64,000 nt of DNA from Hemiscyllium ocellatum (taxonomy: Eukaryota): NCBI RefSeq assembly GCF_020745735.1, contig NC_083409.1:10405534-10469533 (forward strand), written 5' to 3'. The position numbers and the translations under genes are program-made. Below the pieces are notes generated by a model. It was not told where the DNA came from, searched no databases, and saw only the letters and a list, made by a program, of their open reading frames with translations. Below are positions 24,851 to 37,499 of this stretch, piece by piece; within the stretch, counting starts at the first letter, position 1, and the number at the start of each line of letters is the position of its first letter.

Positions 24851-25761
24851 CTCCAAAGAAGACAGTCCCAAATTCTCCAATCTATCTTCAGAACTGATAT
24901 TCCTCATGCCTGGAATGATCTTTGTGCATATGTTTGCCAGCTCTACAAAACATTCACCTCATTTCTGCATTATTCACATTATTTATGTCCCTCATGATTT
25001 TATAAACCTCTATAAGGTCACTCCTCAGCCTCTGGCACTTCAGGGTAAAAGATCTCAGCTTTTCCAGCCTCTAATGGTCACGGAGTCATACAGCGAGGAA
25101 ACAGATCTTTCAGTCTAACTTCTCCATGCTAACTAGATATCCAAAACTGACTTCAGCCCATTTGCCAGCATTTAGCCCACATCCCTCTAAACCCTTCCTA
25201 TTCATGTACCCATCCAAACATCTTTGAAATGCTATAATTGTATCCGTCTCCAGCACTTTCTCTGACAGCTCGATCCGGACACGCACCACCCTCTGTGTGA
25301 CAAGTTACCCCTCAGGTCCCTTTTGGATCTTTTGCCTCTCATCTTAAACCTATACCCTCTACTTTGGATTCCCTTTCCCAAGGCAAATACCTGGGATATA
25401 CACCCTGTCCATGCCCATCATGATTTTATAAACATCTATAAGGCCACCCTTCAGTCTCCGATCCTGCAGGAAAAATAACCCGTCTATTGAGTCTCTTCCG
25501 ACAGCTCAAACCCTCCAGTTCCAGGCAACATGCATGAAAAATTTTCTGCAGAATTTTAAGTTTAACAGCATCCTTCCTATCACAGGATGATCAGAATTGT
25601 TCACATTATTCCCAAAGTAGCCTCACCAATTTCCTGTACAGCTGCAAATAATGTCCCAACTCTGATACTTTGTGCAGTGACCAATAAAGGCAAGTGTACC
25701 CAACACCTTCTTCATCTCCCTGTCTCCCTGTGACTCCACTGTCAAGGAATAATGCCCATGC

Positions 25762-25885
25762 ACCTGTCCCTGCCCCTGCCCCTGCCACTGCCCCTGCCCC
25801 TGCACCGGCCCCTGCCCCTGCCCCTGCCACTGGCCCTGCCCCTGCCCCTGCCCCTGCCCCTGCACCTGCCCCTGCCCCTGCACCC
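25762..25885. repeat. (CCCCTG)n hexamer expansion, about 20 imperfect units
   Basis: Direct reading; it splits a CR1 RT segment and produces the PAPA/GQGQ ORFs in the track. Confidence 0.95.
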
Positions 25886-26069
25886 TGAGGTCACTTTGTT
25901 GAGCAACACTCCACAGGGCCCCACCATTAACAGTATAAGTCCAGTCCTGGTTTGATTTTCCAAAATGCAACATCTCACATTTATCTAAATTGAACTCCAT
26001 TTGCCACACGTTTAGATCAGAGTGGTGCTGGAAAAGCACAGCAGGTCAGGCAACATCCGAGGAGCAGGA

Positions 26070-26107
26070 AAATCGACGTTTCGGGCAAAAGTCCTTCATC
26101 AGGATTC
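26070..26107 (-). ncRNA. Minimal type I hammerhead ribozyme motif (best-preserved copy) within a palindromic element at about 26010-26220
   Basis: GAAUC-CUGAUGA-AGGAC UUUU GCCC-GAAAC-GUC-GAUUU; core intact, 5-bp stem I, one stem II mismatch, palindromic ACGU stem III. Confidence 0.65.
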
Positions 26108-29100
26108 CTCTAGCCAAAACATCAATTTTTCTGCTCCTCGGATGCTGCCTGATATGTTGTGCTTTTCCAGCACTACTCTGATCTAAACTCTGGTTTCCAG
26201 CATCTGCAGTCTGCACTTTTGTCCATTTGCCACAACTCTGCCCATTTCCCCAAATGATCAAGGTCCCACTGTACTCTCAGATAGCCTTCTTCACTATCCA
26301 CTGTACCAATTTTGGTGTCATTTAAAAACTCGCCATAATTCCTATATTCACATCCAAATCATTTATTTAAATGATGAAAAGCCATGGACCCAGCACCAAT
26401 CCTTGTGGCACACAGCTGACATCTGATCTCCAGTCTGAAAAGCAACCCCTTACCACCACTCTCTGTCTCCTATCTTGAAGCCATTTTTTTACCCAAATGG
26501 CTAGCTCCCCCTGGATCCCATGTGGCCTAACCTTCCTAATCAATCTATCATGTGGAACCTTGTCAAATGCTGAAGTCCATATAGACAGTGTCTACTGTCC
26601 TGCCTACCCCAATCTTCTCTTCAAACAACCTCAATCACGTTAGTGAGACATGATTACCATGCACAAAACTGCATTGATTGTCCAAATGCATGTAAATCCT
26701 GTTCCTCAGAATTCACTCCAATAACTTACCCAGCAATGACATCAGTCCCACTGGTTTATAGTTCCCTGGCTTTTCCTTAAATAATGGCTAACATTAGCCA
26801 ACCTCTCTGGTTCTCCAGAACCTCACTCATGGCTGTCAATCAGAAACATACCTCAGCAAGGGGTCCAGCAATCTCTTTCCTAGCTTTCCACAATGTCCTG
26901 GGATACACCTGATCAGGTCCTGGAGATTTATCTACCGTCTTGCACTTTAAGAAATCCTCTTCTGTAATGTCTTTCTCCATGATAAATACTGACCTGGAAT
27001 ATTCATTTAAGACCTAAACCATTTCCTGTGGATCCACCCAGAGGTACATTGTTCATCTTCATGGGGCCCTATTCTCTCTCTAGTTACTCTTTTGCCCTTT
27101 TCTTATTTACCATAATTCTACCACTTTTGCCCTTGAGTAAGTTCAGGAATTGTTTGCCCTCCTTCAAATGTATCTCGACTATACCTGGTCCACATCCTCT
27201 ACTATTCTTTTCAGGACTTTCCTGCCAACCTTTGATCCCACTTTATTCAGATCCGTTACATCCATATCCTATAGAAGCTGGCATTTTCCCCAGTGAAGAT
27301 GTTTGACCCTGAAAAGGCCTTTGCTCTTTTCTACCGTCACTCTCAACTTTGTGATACAATGATCACTCTTCCTTAAGTGTCCTCTCACTGACACTTGATC
27401 CACTTGGGCCTCCTCATTCCCAAGATCCAGATCTAGCAGAACCTCCTTTCTGAACTGGAAACATGCAGCTGGAGAAAATTCACATGGACACACTCTCACG
27501 ACCCTGGCCCCTCTCTGTCCTTCACACTGCTACTACCCCAGTCTATATTCAGAACTTAAAGACATTCCCCCCCCCCACCCTCATTTATAATGACTATTAC
27601 ATTTGCAGGTCACTGTAAATTCCTTGCAAATGTTTTCCTCTAAATCTTTCCCACTGGCTGGTGACTTATTGACTGCACTGATGATTCTGTAGATCTTGGT
27701 GTTCCTCTCTGGTATTACCTCCTGACTCCCACAGCCCTGCCAAGTTAGCTTAAACCCTCTCCAACAGCACGAGTAGATCACCTCAAAGGAGCTCAGTGCC
27801 AGCTCTGTTCAGGAGCAACGCTGTCTGGTCTATCCAGGTCCCATCTCCCCCAGACCCACTCCCAATGTCACAAGAATCTAAAACCCTCCCTCCTGGATCC
27901 TCTTTCCAGCCCCAAAGTCACTTGTGTTATCCTCCTGCTAATCTTGTCACTTGCCTGGGGCACTGGGAGTAATCTGAAGATTCCTACTTTTGAGTTCCTG
28001 ATGTTAATTCCCTTCTGAGCTCCCTAAATTCTGACTGCAGGACTACATCCCTTTTCTCCCTCTGTCACTGGGACTGATGTGGACCACGACTGCTGCCTGT
28101 TCCCCCTCTCCCCTCAGGGTGCTCTGCAGTCGCTCAGTGACATCCTTCACCCTGGCACCAGGGAGACAACACACCATCCTGGATTCTAATCTGCAGCTGC
28201 AGAAATACCTATTGATGACCTCACTCTCGAATCTCCTTTCACGATCAGTCTTCCAGTCTTCCTTATACCCCCCTCCCCCCAATACAGCTGAGCCACCAGT
28301 GGTGCCATGGGTTTGGCTCTGGATGCACTCCCCAGATGAACCATCATTCTCATCAGGATTCCAAACTGAATCCTGGTTGGAGAGTGGGATACACTCAGGG
28401 GATTCCTGTACTAGCTGCCTGGTCCTTTTGGACTGGCTGCTGCTCCTCCATTCCCTGTCTCCCTGCATACTCTGAAGCTGCAGAGTGACCACATCTAGAA
28501 ACGTGCTCTCCACGGAGCTCTCAGCCTCACGGACGCTCCGCACTGACACCAGCTGCTGCTCAAGCTCCGAAATCCGGAGCTCCAACTGCTGTCACTGACC
28601 ACACTTCCTGCACTCATGGTATTCCAGGAACTGGGAAGCATTCTGAAATTCCCACATGGATGCACACTCTCTCCACTCTTTGGTTGTCTCTGGGCAAAGT
28701 TCTAATGACAAACAGCTCCAGCAGGGCTCACAGTCCAGTGGGTTCAGTGTTCCAGGGTTTTGGGAAAACTCTCCAGAAGTCTTTAAGAAACAGGAGCAGA
28801 AATCAGCCAATCAGCCCATTGAATCTGCTCTGCCATTTGATCTTGGCAGATATGCTTCTCACCCCATTCTCCTGCCTATTCCACAGGAACGTTCAATCCC
28901 CTTAGCAATCACAAACCTATCTATCTCTGTCTTAAATACACTCAGTGACCTGGCCTCCAGCGCACTGTAGCAATGAGTTCCACAGATTCCCCACCCTCTG
29001 GCTGAAGAAAGTCCTCCTCATCTCAGCTCGAAAGGTTGGCCCTTCATTCTGAGGCTGTGCCTTGGTTACTGAGTCTCTCCTCTTTTTGGAAACATCTTCT

Positions 29101-32100
29101 CTGCATCCACTCTATCCAGGCCTATCAGTATTCTGTAAATTTCAATAAGGTCCCTCATCCTTCTAAACTCCAGTAAGTACAGACCCAGAGTCCTCAACCA
29201 CGCCTCATATGACAAGCCTTTCATCCCCAGGATCATTCTTGTAAACCCCTTCAATGCCAGCACGTTGTTTCTTAGAATATGGGTCCCAAATCTGCTCACA
29301 ATATTCCAAATGTGGTTTGACCAGAGCCTTACACAGCCTCAGCAGTACATCTCTGCTCTTGTATTCTGGCCCTACTGAAATGAATGTGAACATTTTATTT
29401 GTTTCCCAAGCACAAACTGGACCTGCCTGTTAACCTGAAGGGAAATCTGAATGAGGTTTGTGCTTTAGATTTCCAAAGACTTTCCTCATTTAGAAAACAG
29501 TCTTTGCATCTGTTCTTCATCCCAAAGTGCATACCCTCACACTGTCACACATTGTATTCTATCTGCCACTTCTTTGCCCACTCTCCGAGCCTATCCAGGG
29601 GTTTTTACAGCCTTCCCACTTCCTCAACACTACCTGTCCCTCCACCTATCTCATGTCACCTGCAAACTTAGCAACAATGTCTTCACTTCCTTCATCCAGA
29701 TTGTTCACGTATCATGTGAATAGTTATGGTCCCAACATTGACACCTGCAGAACTCTACTCGTCACCAGCGGCCATTGTTCCTCATGTTCTGCTTTATGCC
29801 AACCTGCCAGTCCTCAGTCCATGCCAGTACATTGCCCCTAACACTGTGGGCGTTTATCTTATGTCAAGTGCCTTCTGGAAATCCAAAAAGATTACTTCCT
29901 CGGACTCTCTTTTGTCTGATTGGTTCATTGCCTCCTCAAAGAATTCTAACAGATTTGCCAGGCATGACGTCTCCTTGATGAAGCCATTGCACTTCCAAGT
30001 CCTCTGCAATTTCATCCTTAAATTGAAGTCTAAAACCTTACCAACAACTGAGTCCTGGCTAACTGGCCGATAATGTCCCATCTTCTACCTCCCTCCATTC
30101 TTAAACAGGGGTGGTATGTGAGCCATTTTCCTGTCCCTTGCCCCTACCAAATCTGTCCCCACCCCACCTCCACACCCTGACTCCATTGATTCCTGAAAGA
30201 TCATCTCCAATACCTCCACAATCTCCTCAGTGATCTCCTTCAGAACACACTGGTGTAGTTCATCCAGTCTGGGTGAGTTATCCACATTCAGACCTTCCAG
30301 CTTCCCCAGTACCTCCTCCTTAGTGATGGCCACTACACTTCCCTCCAACCCCTGACAGTCTTGAATTACTGGTACACTGCTGGTGTTTTCCATGGTGCAG
30401 ACTGATGCAAAGTATCTATTCAATTCCTCTGCTATTCCTAATTTTCCTGTTATTCTTTCTCCAGCCTCACTTTCCAGTGATCCATAGTCTATTTTTGACT
30501 CCCTCTTCCTTTTTATACACCTGATAAAACTCCTGCAATCTTCTTTTATATGACTGGCTAGATAACTCCCACATTTCACATTCTCCACCCTTAATGCTTT
30601 TTCAGTTATCCCCTGCAGGTTTTTAAAGGCTTCCTAATCCTCTGGCTTCCCACTATTCTCCACCACATTGTGTGCTTTTTCTTTTGCTTTTATGCTGTCC
30701 TTGACCTCCCCCATCAGCCATGGTTGCCTTGTCCTCCCCTTGGTATTTTTTTTCTTTTTTGGGATGAATTCCTGCTCTGCTTCCTGGATTACCCCCAGAA
30801 ACTCTGCTGTTTGCTGTCCCACCATCTTACCTGCTCGGCTCCCCTTCCAACCAACTCTGGCCAGCTCCTTCCTCATGTCTTTCGAGTTACTTTTACTCAA
30901 TTGAAATACTGTTCCATCTGATTGCAGCTTCTCCCTCTCAAACTACAGGGGGAATTGTATCATATTATGGTCACTTATCCACAGGGATACTTTCATCTTA
31001 AACTCACTAATCATGTTTGCTTCAATACACATCACTGAATCCAGACCTGCCTGTTCCATCATGGCTCAAACACAAGCTGCTCCAAAATTCATCTCGTCGA
31101 CATTCTATGAAACCTTTCCTTGAGATACACTACCCAGTCCACATATCCATTGAAGTCTGCCCTGACATTTTCTGTCTCCAGACTGATTTCCTTCCCCACA
31201 CCCTGATTACTGTTTGGAGATCTGGACATAACTTTCATCAGATTCTTTATTTATTGCAGTTCCTCAGCTCTACCCACACAGATTCTACACCTTCTAACTC
31301 TATATCACTTCTTGCTATTGATTTAATTTCATTTCTCACTAACAAGGCAACTCTTCCCCCTCTGCCCATCTGCCCGTCCTTTTGATGGGACATGTATCCT
31401 TGGGTATTTAGTTCCCAGCCTGGATTCCCTTACAGCCATATCTCTGTGATACCCACAACATTGTACCTGCCAGTTTCAATCTGCACTCCAAGCTCATTGT
31501 GTATACTATGTGCATTTAAGTACAACACCCTCAGTCCTGCATTGATTGCTCTCCTTCCCATCATTGTCCCCTTATCTGCTGTGCTTTATGTTCGATTCCT
31601 GATCCTTTCTGTACTCTCTGTCCTTTTACATCTTCTAGAAACTTGAATAACCTTTCCTGAGCCCTCCTCCACTTTAATTAGTTCAAATTCCTTAGAAACT
31701 CAATTTACCTCAATGTGTGGCATCACTTTTACTCCCTTACTCGGAATGCTTTGTGCATTGAGATACAACCTCTTTAAGTTTGTACTATTATTGATTTTCC
31801 CTGCACTTTCATGGTTCCTTTGATGTTCAAAACTTCCATCCCTTTCTTTTATTTTTTGGTAACAATCAATCCCATCACTAACCAGCAATCCTACCTTCTC
31901 CTTTACCTTCCATTTTCTCATTTTCCATCCAACTGAACCAAATTCCTTTCTCTTTGGGTTGAGTTCAGGACAATATTTATCATTGAGCCAACATCATTAT
32001 TACTCTTTGATCTCATTGCTTCTAGTGGGATCTTGCTGTGCAGAAACTGGCTGCCACGTTACTGACATTGCAACAGTGACTGCTTGTCAAACAGAAATGC

Positions 32101-32569
32101 CTGTAAATGTCTTTCAGAGAGTCAAAAATATTAAGGGCTGGATTGAAATATAATTAGTGTCAGGGGTGGACAGCACAGAAACAAATACCTTCAACTCCCT
32201 GATAATCCTGCCCACAACTGATTTCAATCTCTCCCCATGGTTATTGCCCTCTGTGCTGGTGGAAATCAGTCCTTCCTACCCACTCTGTCCAGGCCCCTCA
32301 TCATTTTACACACCACCATCAAATCTCCCCTCTGCCTCCTCTGTTCCAACGAAAACACTCCCAGCCAATCCAAACATTCCTCAAAACTCAAAGTCCCCAT
32401 TCCAGACAAACTCTTCCTCTGTCCTGGTCTCTCGAGAGATCACATCCTTCCTGTAATGTGGTGACCAGAACCATACACAGTTCTCTCACTGTGCTCTAAC
32501 TGGGGTTTTACACAGTTCCAGAATAAACAAACACCTTGCTTTCACAGTCAACCAAAAATGAGATAAGGG

Positions 32570-32910
32570 AGGTGATGGTCTAATGGTGTTATTGCTGAGC
32601 TGTTAATCCAGAGATCCAGATAATGTTCTGGGGACCAGGGTTAGAATCCAGCAGATGGTGGCATTCAAATTCAATCCAAACAAAATCTGCAATTAAGAGT
32701 CTAATGATGACCATGAAACCATCGTTGATTGTCAGGAAAAGCATCTGATTCCCTTATGTCCTTTAGGGAAGGAAACTGCCATCCTTACCATGTGACCCCT
32801 GACCCACAGCAATGTGGGTGACTCTAAACGGCCCTTTGGGTGATTAGGGATGGGCAATAAATGCTGCCGATCCAGCAATGCCCTCATTCCATCAAGGGAA
32901 AATGAAAAAC
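32570..32910 (+). mobile_element. DeuSINE (SacSINE1-like) element
   Basis: tRNA-like head (GGTCTAATGG..GGTTAGAATCC), Deu-domain-like TTTAGGGAAGGAAACTGCCATCCTTACC..CCACAGCAATGTGG and tail GGGCAATAAATGCTG. Confidence 0.65.
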
Positions 32911-34033
32911 AGTTTTTCCCATTTGTCTTCTGAACTATCTCACTGACCTGCATTCATTAGTCACCATGGCCACATCTTCCACCTCCACACACATCTGACT
33001 TCCAGCTTCAACATGATGAGAGACGTTCCTTCATTATCTGAGAAACAGAAACATCAAACACAGGAGCAGCAGTAGGCCATTCGGCCCTTCAAGGCCTGCT
33101 CCACTATTCAGTATGATCAAGGCTGATCATCCAACACAGTCCCCTGTTCCTACTTTCTCCCCACATTCTTTGATCCCTTTAATCCTAGGAACTATATCTA
33201 ATTCCTTCTTAAATACACATTGCATCTAATTCCCTTTTACTGGAAAAATGGATGACAATTATTGGGTTGTTATTTTTTGACCAGTATGGACACAATGGGC
33301 TGATGGGTCTTTTGGGCCCCTATGACTCTATTGTTATTTATTATGAATAACTGGGTACCAAGGGCTGACCCTGTGGCACCCTAAGTTGTAATTACCTGCC
33401 ATTCAGAAAAAGACTCATTCTTTCTGTGCTGCCTGCCAACCAGTTCCCAATCCATGTCAGTACGTGAACCCCAATCCTCTTGTTCATTTGGTCTAGATCT
33501 GGGGGTCCCACCCTTACTCATTGTGGGAACAGATTCTGAACAGTCTGTCTCATCCTTCGAGGGCTCCCACTGCCCTGACACTGATTTCCCATCATGTCAT
33601 TGGTTCCGATCCACTTTTACCAAAGCACCGCACAGTTTAGTAAAATGAAAACTTTTACACTTGCTCCATGGTTCTCCATTTCCATCCCTACTCTCAATCT
33701 CACTGAGTTCTGATCACTGTCACTAAAATGATCCCCCATCGATAGCCCTTCTCGATGCCCACATTCATTCCATAACCAATGGTCCAAAATTGTCCCTTCT
33801 CTCTCTCTGCTGCTTCACCATCACCTTCTCAGGGGCAACTAGGGACGGTAATGAATGCTGGCCCTGCCAGTGACACTCAGATCCCAAGAAGCAATTTGAA
33901 CAATGTCTGTTCATTTGTCGGGTTTGTTAGGTATTGACTACAAATGTTCAAAAAATTGCATTGCCAGTGAATATTGTGAGGGTTGAATTCCCTTCAAATG
34001 GCAGGGATTAAAATTGTTTCTCTTTTCTTTCAG

Positions 34034-34362
34034 GCCGTGACAACTCTCAGCCCAAGCTGACCCTGCTGCCCCCCTCCCCGGAGCAGGTCAGTGCCAAGGG
34101 CACTGCCACCCTGGTGTGCCTTGCCAATCACTTCTATCCCGATGAGCTGGAGGTGCAGTGGAAGAAGGACGGTGCAGTCATTTCGGACGGGGTTCAGACC
34201 AGCAACTACCTGCGAGCTTCCGACAGCACCTACAGTGTCAGCAGCATGCTGACACTCTCTGGGTCTGACTGGGAGTCCAACGCTCACTTCTCCTGTGCCC
34301 TCACCCACGTGACCCTCCCCTCTCCCCTCAGCAAGAGCATCAGTAAATCAGAATGTGTATAG
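34034..34362 (+). CDS. IGKC: Ig kappa constant exon (intact)
   Basis: Acceptor TTTTCTTTCAG ends at 34033; (S)RDNSQPKLTLLPPSPEQ..ATLVCLANHFYPDELEVQWKKDG..FSCALTH..KSISKSECV then TAG; C1-set Cys/Trp/Cys and C-terminal interchain Cys present. Confidence 0.97.
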
Positions 34363-34887
34363 AGAGCGTGAGACAGTCCACAGAGGAGACACAACTTTAA
34401 ATAGAACAGCGCTGAGCTGACAGGACAAAGGTCATTGTCAGCACTGAATTTCAACTCTCTTCCTTCTCAGGACTGTTCAGAGAACCTTCTGAGGTTTGGA
34501 TGTAAAAGCAGGTCATTGCGACAGTGTCGACGGAGCTTTACGCTGTGTCAAACCCCATGCTGTCCCTGTTCTGGGAGTGTTTGATGGGGACAGAGTTGAC
34601 TTGTGATGCCAAGTAAAATCTCTTGAAGTTGCTGAAGACTGTCAGCTGTACAAAACAATGTGAACCTCAGAATTCTCTGCTTCAGTAAACCAGATTTCCT
34701 TCCTGCTTAGCTGTCAGTTCCAATTTAAGGTTTTGTCACTGTTTAAAGGGACAGGATTCTCATGTTATTGAGCAAACCTCCACAAGTGTTTTCCTCAAGC
34801 TCCATTGTGGCTGTGAATTTGAGCAGCCTCCTCTGTCTGGGCTGTTAATTGCAGTTTTTTTTCTGTCTATGTGAATGTGGAAAAGGG

Positions 34888-34893
34888 AATAAA
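34888..34893 (+). terminator. Probable polyadenylation signal of the light-chain mRNA
   Basis: First AATAAA I found after the C stop (about 525 nt downstream). Confidence 0.55.
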
Positions 34894-35279
34894 GATGAAG
34901 ATTCAGTCTCTGTCTCTGTGTGCTTTGGAAATTGATGACTTTCCACGCCTCCCAGTTGATTGACTGCATTTCAGCAGGTCATTGTCAAGATTGGCTGGTT
35001 GGCCTGTCAATCAATTACAATCATCAATCATCAATCATTAATCATTTTCAAATGATCCCTTTGGTCAGGAATTTATGCAGGTTACAAGATTCCAAAAAGA
35101 ACAGAAACTGAAAGTTGTTAGGACTCAATAAGTACAATCTGATGCATTCCCTCTTCACTCTGTTGGTCCAGGCCCGGCTGATGGGATCGCACTGTGCAAT
35201 CTCTGCTGCATGTTGGGTAGCTGTTGAAACAATCTTCGGCCAATCACTGACATTGTCAGCTGTGTCTCTCTGAGGTAAA

Positions 35280-35510
35280 AACAAGGACTGCAGATGCTGG
35301 AAACCAGATTCTAGATTCGAGTGGTACTGGAAAATCACAGCAGTTCAGGCAGCATCTGAGGAGCAGGAAAATCGACATTTCGGGCAAAAGCCCTTCATCA
35401 GGAATTGAGCTTTATTCTTGATGAAAAGCTTTTGCCCGAAACGTCGATTTTCCTGCTCCTCAGATGCTGCCTGAACCGATGTGTTTTTCCAGCACCACTC
35501 TAATCTAGAA
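35280..35510. mobile_element. Palindromic Penelope-derived element with two divergent decayed hammerheads
   Basis: Arms of about 105 bp are reverse complements of each other; hammerhead cores at 35401-35374 (-) and 35418-35445 (+). Confidence 0.7.
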
Positions 35511-36849
35511 TGTGTGCCTCTCTGAGTGTGAGTGTTTAACTTAATGCTGCTTGGAGGGGTCTCTCTCAGTGTGGATTTGTTACTCAGAGAGACACCTACA
35601 GGCAGTGTTCAGTAACGCACCCACTATCTACAGCATGGAGTGTGATCATGTTCCTCAGTGCTGCCTGTCTCACAGAGTGAGTGTGTTACTCTGTGCTGTC
35701 TGTAGGTGTCTCTCCGAGGTATGTGTCTCCGAGCGTTGGATTGAGAATGGGCTTTGTGCTGGGGATTAAAGATTAGGCTTTAATCTTCTCAAATCATGAA
35801 TGGAAAACAGTTCTGCTGATTCAGTCTGAGATGGCAGCTCATTCAGATGGCCGAAGTTAAAAATCCAACAACTCCAGGTGATAGTCAAACAGGTTTATTT
35901 GAAAGTAGAAGCGTTCAGAGCACTGCTTCTTCATCAGGTAGCTGGAGGGGCAGGATCATTGGACACAGAATTTATTGTAAATTCAGATGGCAGCTGAGAA
36001 AGGTGAATACTGAGAGTGTATTCTCAGTAAGGGAGGGATTTCAGAGGCAGTGGGCACTGTGCTCCCTAATGCAGAAATGTCGATTTTCCTGCTCATCAGA
36101 TGCTGCCTGACCTGCTGTGCTTTTCCAGCACTACTCTAATCTAGACTATGCTCCCTAACGTGCTGCCCAATTACAGGGGACTTTCTGAATCCAGGGTCAA
36201 TCGTGGCTGCCTGCCCAGCCAATGCTGGCTCCCCATAGTCATATTTCAGTGGTTAATTAACCCAAAACAAGGTGCAGCAATATTACCTTCCAGGGAGGGG
36301 AGCTGTCTGAGGGAGGGAGGTTGAACTCTTGCAGCCCCAAGAGAGGTTGTGGTGGATTAATGACAGGTATGACCACCATGAAGGTGCCACCTTCTCTCCC
36401 CCTGCCCCAGCTGTGATGACCCTCAGGTTAAAAGTGTGACTGCTCTGGGATGATGACCACATTCCTGGGTGATGGAGGGAAGGTCAACTGCTCCCAAAGG
36501 CAGCACAGGCTGGATCGAAGGTGAAACAAGAGTAAGCATGGGGAGATTGAGGGTGACAGAAGGAGGGGGTTGGTTGGCAGGTTGTTATTCAGAGTCAGGT
36601 CCCAGAGTATCAGTCCTTCTGACATGCCCCTTTCTATCTGTCAGCCAGAGCTCCCTGATTGGACAAATTTAACTGGCCCTGTCAGAGAACTCATATTTTA
36701 TCAAAAAGAATAAAACATTTATTGAACAAGGAGCTCAGGAGCTAAATGACACTAGACAAAATGAATGGTTTGAAAGGTTTCATTATGGACACCGCAAATG
36801 AGATTTGGTGAAGAACTTTTTCACTCAATGGGTGGTGGGAATCTGGAAT

Positions 36850-37160
36850 GGACTGTCATAGAATCCCTACTGTGAGGAAACAAGCCATTTGGCCCAACAT
36901 GTCCACACTGACCCTTGGAAGAGTAACCTACCCAAGATCCAATCCCCTATCTTATTACTCTGCTTTTCCCCTGACTGATGAGCCTAACCTACACATCCCT
37001 GATCACCACGGGCAACTTAGCATGGCCAATTCACCTAACCTGCACATCTTTAGATTGTGGGAGGAAACCAGAGCACCCAGAGGAAACCTACACAGACACT
37101 TGGAGAATGTGCAAACTCCACACAGACAGTTGCCTGAGGCTGGAATTGAACCTGAGTCAA
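36850..37160 (-). mobile_element. HE1-type SINE
   Basis: Reverse complement of the SINE body seen at 13946 and 38950. Confidence 0.8.
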
Positions 37161-37499
37161 AACACCCAATCCAGCCTTGACTTCACTCCAACCTCTGCCT
37201 CCACTTCTGGCCCCTCCCACTCTGCAACCAAGACTGAGACTACAATTCCCAGAGTCCCCCTGAGTCCAACTGCCTACCTGCAGCCAGCCAGCATACTCCC
37301 TCTCCCTCCTCACCCATCCACCCCCAAAAGTGCACCCTATCCCTCCACTTCTCCCTCTTCACCACATCCCCACCTTCCCACTCCCACACCTCACTCCACA
37401 ACCCACCTCCGCCCCAATCTCCTTTCTCTCCCACACCCATTCTCTCCCATTCCCATTACCCTTTCCCCCTCCCCTCCTTCAGCCATCTCAGACCCCCCT

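Larger units (their letters stand above)
25000..31900 (-). mobile_element. Several antisense CR1 fragments filling the J-C intron
   Basis: RT pieces (25623-26039, 29066-29393, 29854-30900), endonuclease pieces (27269-27499, about 31400-31800) and ORF1 (28043-28585). Confidence 0.8.

Noticed and set aside
25606-26039. PAPA, GQGQ and RGRG repeat ORFs
   Set aside because: Translations of the hexamer repeat inside a CR1 fragment.
36177-36186. NF-kB-like site GGGACTTTCT downstream of C
   Set aside because: One mismatch, isolated, and without supporting conservation in the window.
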